Part shown: one piece after another, positions 60,201-64,000 of the stretch | How positions within the stretch are numbered: position 1 is the stretch's first letter | Layout: every line of letters begins with the position of its first letter | NCBI GenBank assembly: GCA_038231275.1 | Contig: JBBRLQ010000008.1 | Location: forward strand, 32,001 to 96,000 | DNA: 64,000 nt | Reading direction: 5' to 3' | From: Polyangiales bacterium | GTDB lineage: Bacteria > Myxococcota_A > Polyangia > Polyangiales > Polyangiaceae | Program-made: the position numbers and the translations under genes | Notes under the pieces: model-generated | Databases searched by the model: none | Seen by the model: the letters and a program-made list of their open reading frames with translations, nothing else | Told to the model about the DNA's origin: nothing

Positions 60201-60457
60201 ACTCGGGCTCGAGCGGCGGGACCGACTCGGGCAGCCGCGCCGACGCCGCACAACCCGGCGGCGACGGCGGCGGCTCGAACGCGGACGGCGGAGGCGGAGG
60301 CGGCACCGGCAGCGACGGTGGCTGCGGTTGCCGCACCGTCGACGCGAAGCGTACGCCGTCGTGGGCGCTCACGGGTGTCGGCGGGCTCGCGCTCCTCGGC
60401 GCGCTCCGCCGGCGGCGCCGCACGAGCAAGCGCGACGTCAAGGCGACGCGCGTCTGA
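57278..60457 (+). CDS. Large surface protein: beta-rich N-domain, Ig-like domain, Cys-rich tandem repeats, MYXO-CTERM anchor
   Basis: VAAC signal; DTNGAVGPNHFVQVVN, DYGK, RWGDYS; C-terminal GGCGC, TM, RRRRR. Confidence 0.82.
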   Translation: MRVTPASGRPVLFAFAAIVATVVAACSGGTPPDTERTGGDAGAAASQSAAESTTPTPARPSYIGAPADTSHSIVQRAPTVNISRAFTSRPLRELANAAEDEGEKEEGGVHAPLPLPLAPGVLSPLLAPDAVLQSGAPIRQMPVALRNFLGQGTTLEGCVFPSPPAGCTTTGDPADTNGAVGPNHFVQVVNGGIGIWNKAGTVVMTPKKNNLLWAGYPTTSGNACAASNNGDPVVVYDQIADRWLVTQFDIHNFIANTGTTNYQCVAVSKTADPTGAYSLYDFPYAGLNDYGKFGLWPDAYLATFNLFNSAGTAFLGSDICAYDRVSMLAGATATQQCFQQGAGVGGVLPVSMDGKVLPPRGEPGFFANFGAAVANIWKMHVDWVTPANSTLTGPTSLGVAPFTITCSGISRQACVPQPGTAQQVSALSDRAMFRLAYRNFGTHESLTFNHAIAAGGTSGIRWYELRAPNGTPTVFQQGTYAPADGNWRWLGSMAMDQAEDFALGFSISNGTTLKPSIAWTGRLNGDAVGTMGQGETTIDTGGGVETGANRWGDYSNMTVDPADDCTFWYTSQLFNTTGTFTWDTNIASVKFPSCGANDFSIAVAPPTQSVQENRSVTYTVTTTSTAGAAESIALVVQDLPTGVTGSFSPATVTAGGTSTLTVSATIAAPIVPLTTFTVIGKAPSAVHAANAQVAVIACAPGTTCPAGQNCGTAPNGCGGTLSCGTCTAPQTCGGGGTPNQCGCTPITTCGAGQNCGTIPNGCGGTVNCGTCTAPNTCGGGGAPNQCGCTPVTTCPAGTNCGTIPNGCGGTVTCGPACTAPQTCGGGGTANICGCTPLTTCPGGQNCGTAANGCGGTLSCGTCTAPQTCGGGGTPTQCGCTPATTCPAGQACGTAPDNCGGNVNCGTCAAPQTCGGGGTANQCGCTKTTCAAEGAQCDSISDKCGGTLACGSCASDSTCVANKCVAPGTDAGGSTDSGSSGGTDSGSRADAAQPGGDGGGSNADGGGGGGTGSDGGCGCRTVDAKRTPSWALTGVGGLALLGALRRRRRTSKRDVKATRV
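59369..60166 (+). repeat. Tandem ~135-bp (45-aa, 8-Cys) coding repeats, five conserved and one divergent
   Basis: Consensus CTPxTTCPAGQNCGTxPNGCGGTxxCGTCTAPQTCGGGGTxNQCG. Confidence 0.9.
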
Positions 60458-62285
60458 GCTCCGTCAGCACCCAGCGCGACGCGTCGGCGACGCCCTCGAT
60501 GCAGTAGTGGACTCCGTCGGGACGGATCACCGTCCCGCGGAGCTCGCGCTGGCACTCGCCCTTCGGACAGAGCTCCTCGGCGAAGTCGAGCACGAGGACG
60601 CCCGGCACCGCCGCCGCCGCCTTGCGGATCTCGCGGTTGATGCAGTCGACCTCCGCGCGAAAATCGGCGCTGTCGTACGGCCCCAGGGGATACGGGATCG
60701 TCGAGGCGTAGACGCGTCCAAATGGCGACGTGAGCTCGGCGAGGCGCTTGGCGAGGTAGCCTTCGAATTTGTCGTCCCAGCCAGGGTGGCAGGACTTTCG
60801 CCATCGGCCGTCTACCGTGACGCCGTGGAGGAAGGCGCCGCCGAGGAAGACGATCGTGGCGTCGGGCCGAAGCTCGCGCACGTGCTGAGACCACACCTCG
60901 CCGCCGCACAGATCCGCGAGCATCGTGCAGCCGTCCTGGCCGCGGAGCTCCACGGTGACGCCGCGATCTTGGAGGCCACGGAGGCCCCACCCGAGCGAGT
61001 TCGCCGTGGAGTCGCCAAGGAGCATGATCCGGAAGGGCGGCGTCGGGCCTGCGTCGTCGAGGGCCGCCGCGATGTCGACGAGCGGTGGTGGCGAGGGTGG
61101 AGCAGGTCGCGCGTGCGTCGCGCGGACGACGAGGACGATCGCGAGCGCGACGGCGGCGGGGACCATCACGAGGGGGCGCCCGAACGGGAGGCCGCGCGTG
61201 CGGATCGGCCGCTCGAGGAAGCGGTACGAGACGATCGCGATCGCAAAGGTCAGCGCGAGGCGCAGCACCTGCAGGGGGAAGCCATGCACACGGACCCTCT
61301 CCGCGGTGAGGACGACGTCAATCGGCCAGTGCCAGAGGTAGAGGCCGTAGCTGATGGTGCCGACGAGGGCGAGAGGCCGAAACGCGAGGGCGCGCGCGAC
61401 GAGGCTCGCGGAGCCAGCGACGGCGCACGCGATGAGGACGAGCGCCGCGCCCTCCGTGAGCCAAAAGCCGCCGTGATAAAGGAGCGGGTCTTGGCCGTCC
61501 AGGGTCCACCACGCGGCGCCGAGCCCTATCGCCGCGAGGAGCCCCGCGACGTCGAGCGCGCGCGCGGTCCCCTTCGCGATCACCGACGTCGGCGGAACGA
61601 GCGCCGCGAAGGCCGCGCCCGCGAGGATGCCCGACGCGCGCGTGTCGGTCCCGAGGTACACGCGCGACACGCTCTCCGGATGGAAGAGGAGGAGCATCGA
61701 CGCGATCGACAGGGCGCCCGCGGCAATGGTCACGACGAGGACCGCGCGACGCGAGGCCACGCGGAGCAGCAGCGCGACCACGAGCGGCCATACGATGTAA
61801 AATTGCTCCTCGATCGCGAGGCTCCACGTGTGCTCGAGCGGCGAGGGCGACGCGAACAGCTCCCAGTAGCTCTTGTGCGAGAGGACGGCGCGCCAGTTCG
61901 CGACGTACCCGAGCGTCGCGAGCGCGTCGGCCCGGAGACCGGCGAGCTCGCCAGGCTTGGCGATGAACCACCCGTAGAGCGCGATCGCAGGCATGAGCGA
62001 AAGGAGCGCGGGAAAGAGCCTGCGCGCGCGACGCACCCAGAACGCCGAGAGCGCGATGCGCCCGGTGGCGGCGTGCTCGGCGAGGAGCAGCGACGTGATC
62101 AAGTACCCCGAGAGCACGAAGAACAGGTCGACGCCGAGGTACCCTCCCCGCAGCGCGCCGCCGGCGTGGAAAAAGAGGACGCCGAGGAGGGCGAGCCCGC
62201 GAAGCCCATCGAGCGCCGGCACGTGCGGCACGCGGGCGTGAGATGCCCCGCGATCTGTCGAAGACGAGCCCAATTCGCCGCCCAC
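60438..62285 (-). CDS. Acyltransferase-3 + SGNH fusion (OafA/OatA-like O-acyltransferase)
   Basis: LDGLRG, GVDLFFVLSG, RRARRLFP, HTWSLAIEEQFY, ISYGLYLWH; C-terminal GDS and DGVH. Start is GTG 62285 or 62231. Confidence 0.9.
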   Translation of the reverse strand: MGGELGSSSTDRGASHARVPHVPALDGLRGLALLGVLFFHAGGALRGGYLGVDLFFVLSGYLITSLLLAEHAATGRIALSAFWVRRARRLFPALLSLMPAIALYGWFIAKPGELAGLRADALATLGYVANWRAVLSHKSYWELFASPSPLEHTWSLAIEEQFYIVWPLVVALLLRVASRRAVLVVTIAAGALSIASMLLLFHPESVSRVYLGTDTRASGILAGAAFAALVPPTSVIAKGTARALDVAGLLAAIGLGAAWWTLDGQDPLLYHGGFWLTEGAALVLIACAVAGSASLVARALAFRPLALVGTISYGLYLWHWPIDVVLTAERVRVHGFPLQVLRLALTFAIAIVSYRFLERPIRTRGLPFGRPLVMVPAAVALAIVLVVRATHARPAPPSPPPLVDIAAALDDAGPTPPFRIMLLGDSTANSLGWGLRGLQDRGVTVELRGQDGCTMLADLCGGEVWSQHVRELRPDATIVFLGGAFLHGVTVDGRWRKSCHPGWDDKFEGYLAKRLAELTSPFGRVYASTIPYPLGPYDSADFRAEVDCINREIRKAAAAVPGVLVLDFAEELCPKGECQRELRGTVIRPDGVHYCIEGVADASRWVLTELRRASP

Positions 62286-62326
62286 GATAGCGGAATAAGG
62301 TGGCCCGCGCGGGCGTACCCAACGCC

Positions 62327-62638
62327 ATGGCCTACCGTGACGAGCTAGAAGTAGCGCGGCTGCACGCCGAGCGGCTGGAAGAGGAAAACCGTGCGCTGCG
62401 CGAGCACCTCGGCGCATTGGGATCGAGCGCGAAGGCGCGGTCGCGGCTCGGCCCGTCGATCGCGATGGTGTTCTGGACGCTCGCCGCGTTGTCGGCAGGC
62501 ATCCTCGGCCTCGGCGCGCCGCCCGACGATCCAGACGCCGCGGCCGCCGCCGACGTGACGACGCTCGGCGACGTGGTGACGCCAGCCCCTGGGACCGACT
62601 GGGGTGACGTCCGGACGAGCGCCGCCGATCCTCTTTAA
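62327..62638 (+). CDS. Hypothetical protein (coiled coil + one TM)
   Basis: MAYRDELEVARLHAERLEEENRALREH followed by a hydrophobic helix. Confidence 0.55.
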   Translation: MAYRDELEVARLHAERLEEENRALREHLGALGSSAKARSRLGPSIAMVFWTLAALSAGILGLGAPPDDPDAAAAADVTTLGDVVTPAPGTDWGDVRTSAADPL

Positions 62639-62639
62639 A

Positions 62640-62724
62640 GTGGAGCGAAGCGCAGCGGAGCGAAACGCTCCTGCCTCGAGAAATTCGAGCGAAGCGCAGC
62701 GGAGCGAAACGCTCCTGCCTCGAG
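62640..62724 (+). repeat. REP-like repeat, copies C and D (two identical 38-bp direct units)
   Basis: GAGCGAAGCGCAGCGGAGCGAAACGCTCCTGCCTCGAG at 62643-62680 and 62687-62724; its 5' part matches copies A and B. Confidence 0.85.
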
Positions 62725-62735
62725 CGAGACGTTCG

Positions 62736-63842
62736 CTACTTCGTGACGATCGCGGCCTGGCTGCTCGCGACGTAGCGCGCCTGCGCCTGCGCGCCCGTCA
62801 GGTAGGTGTCGTACGCGGTATTTCCGTGCAGCCAGCGCTCGTAGAACGCGACGACGTACGCACGCGCCATCGCATGGACCTGCGCGTTCGGCGCGGTCGC
62901 GGCGTTGCAGAAGCTGCACGTGACGCCGCACGACGCGACGTCGTCGAGGAAGCTCATGTGGTTGGCGCCGAGCACCGTGACCTGCAGACTCGGCGTCGTC
63001 GTCTTCGCGTAGAAGGTGGTGAAGTTCGACGCCGCGGGCGCGCACGCCTGAAAGCCGCCGGTCGCGTCGGTGGTCTCGCCGAGGAAGCCCGTCGGGATGT
63101 GGAGGCTCGGCATCAAGTCCGCCACGGTCACGCATTTCGGCGCGCTGCACGAGCCTCCGCCGCCGTCGACCGGATCGAGCTCGATCGCCGCTTTGACCCG
63201 CGGATCCATCGTCGCCGCGAGGAGGGCGACCTTACCGCCCAGCGAGTGGCCCGTCATGCCGAGGGTCGTGGCGTCCGTGACTGGACCGACGGTCGCGTCT
63301 GCCTTCGCCCAGTCGACGCCGCCAAGGAGATCTTTGGCCTCGGCGGGGTTGTCGTTTCCGAGGAGGCTCGTCGGAAAGTCCACGGTCAGCGCGACGTAGC
63401 CGAACGTCGCGAGGCGCGTGACGTACGCGCGGTACTGCGAGGGCGGGAGCTGGAAGCCGTGCGCGACGACGATCACCGGGTACGAGCCCGCGGTCGTCGG
63501 ATACGCGACGTGGATCGCGACGCTGTCGCCCGTTGCCGCGATCGTCGTGGTCGCGTCCTTCTCGGCGAACGCGAACGGGCCGTCGGCGTTCGGATCGGGA
63601 GGGCCGCCGAGCGCACCATCGCTCGTCGACGAGTCGGAGCCCGGGCGACTCGCGTCGCTTCCCCCGTCGAGCGACGGAGCCGCGCCGTCGGCCGAGAGCC
63701 CACCAGAGTCCGCGCCTGGGACGCCCCCTGCGTCGTTCGACGTCGTCCCGGGAGCGCCCGCGCCGCCGCTCGAGTCGCTTCCGCACCCAAGAAGAACGAG
63801 GGCCGAAATCACCCACGTGCCCGCTCGAACCCGCGCTCTCAT
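62736..63842 (-). CDS. Alpha/beta hydrolase lipoprotein, chlorophyllase/cutinase-like
   Basis: LLGC lipobox; YPVIVVAHGF, GHSLGG, LDPVD, ANHMSF. Confidence 0.82.
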   Translation of the reverse strand: MRARVRAGTWVISALVLLGCGSDSSGGAGAPGTTSNDAGGVPGADSGGLSADGAAPSLDGGSDASRPGSDSSTSDGALGGPPDPNADGPFAFAEKDATTTIAATGDSVAIHVAYPTTAGSYPVIVVAHGFQLPPSQYRAYVTRLATFGYVALTVDFPTSLLGNDNPAEAKDLLGGVDWAKADATVGPVTDATTLGMTGHSLGGKVALLAATMDPRVKAAIELDPVDGGGGSCSAPKCVTVADLMPSLHIPTGFLGETTDATGGFQACAPAASNFTTFYAKTTTPSLQVTVLGANHMSFLDDVASCGVTCSFCNAATAPNAQVHAMARAYVVAFYERWLHGNTAYDTYLTGAQAQARYVASSQAAIVTK

Positions 63843-63942
63843 TGGCCCGACCGTACGGTCGGCTTGTGCCAGAGTCAAGCCGCGGCGACGGCGGCCGATC
63901 GGTAGGAGCGCTTGAACACGGCCACCCCTGTATGATGGCGCG

Positions 63943-64000
63943 ATGGCGGTCACCTGCCCCGAATGCAAGGCAACGCTCGACGATCCGAGCAAGCCCTGCG
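63943..64000 (+). CDS. 5' fragment of a zinc-ribbon-containing protein (truncated by the window edge)
   Basis: MAVTCPECKATLDDPSKPC... Confidence 0.4.
   Translation, partial: MAVTCPECKATLDDPSKPC

Noticed and set aside
40799-60253. Other long antisense or alternate-frame ORFs (e.g. 40799-43048, 43929-45731, 49115-50701, 56897-60253)
   Set aside because: They overlap genes with clear family motifs and have Arg/Ala/Gly-biased, non-protein-like composition.
62643-62724. Two identical 38-bp direct repeats as a possible CRISPR array
   Set aside because: The spacer is only 6 bp, there are only two units, no cas genes are present, and the core matches the dispersed REP-like family.

Overview
A GC-rich bacterial chromosomal window that looks myxobacterial (Polyangiaceae-like). 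This rests on Hanks-type Ser/Thr kinases, Myxococcales-type sigma-70 factors, a MYXO-CTERM protein, a CglF/GltF-like protein and many Cys- or Gly-rich lipoproteins. Housekeeping genes are ileS (partial), thiG, thiE, rpsB-tsf, nfo, gatC-gatA, truB, glnD and tRNA-Leu(CAG). The main points of interest are: (1) a divergent lipid/polyketide cluster at 4.3-10.7 kb with a fatty acyl-AMP ligase, three ACPs, an active ketosynthase, a catalytically dead CLF-like partner and an SPT-like alpha-oxoamine synthase; (2) a coupled operon at 37-42.8 kb of two kinases, two c-type cytochrome lipoproteins and a predicted outer-membrane beta-barrel carrying its own CxxCH; (3) an IleRS with KMSKS changed to KESKS and a ~105-aa inserted domain; (4) two sigma/ZAS anti-sigma modules, one reduced to a 54-aa ORF missing from the ORF track; (5) a REP-like repeat family between convergent genes; and (6) a probable recombination scar duplicating the nfo 3' end. 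I saw no CRISPR array, rRNA, transposase, integrase or phage genes. All functional calls come from reading motifs by eye, with no database searches, and start codons are best estimates.
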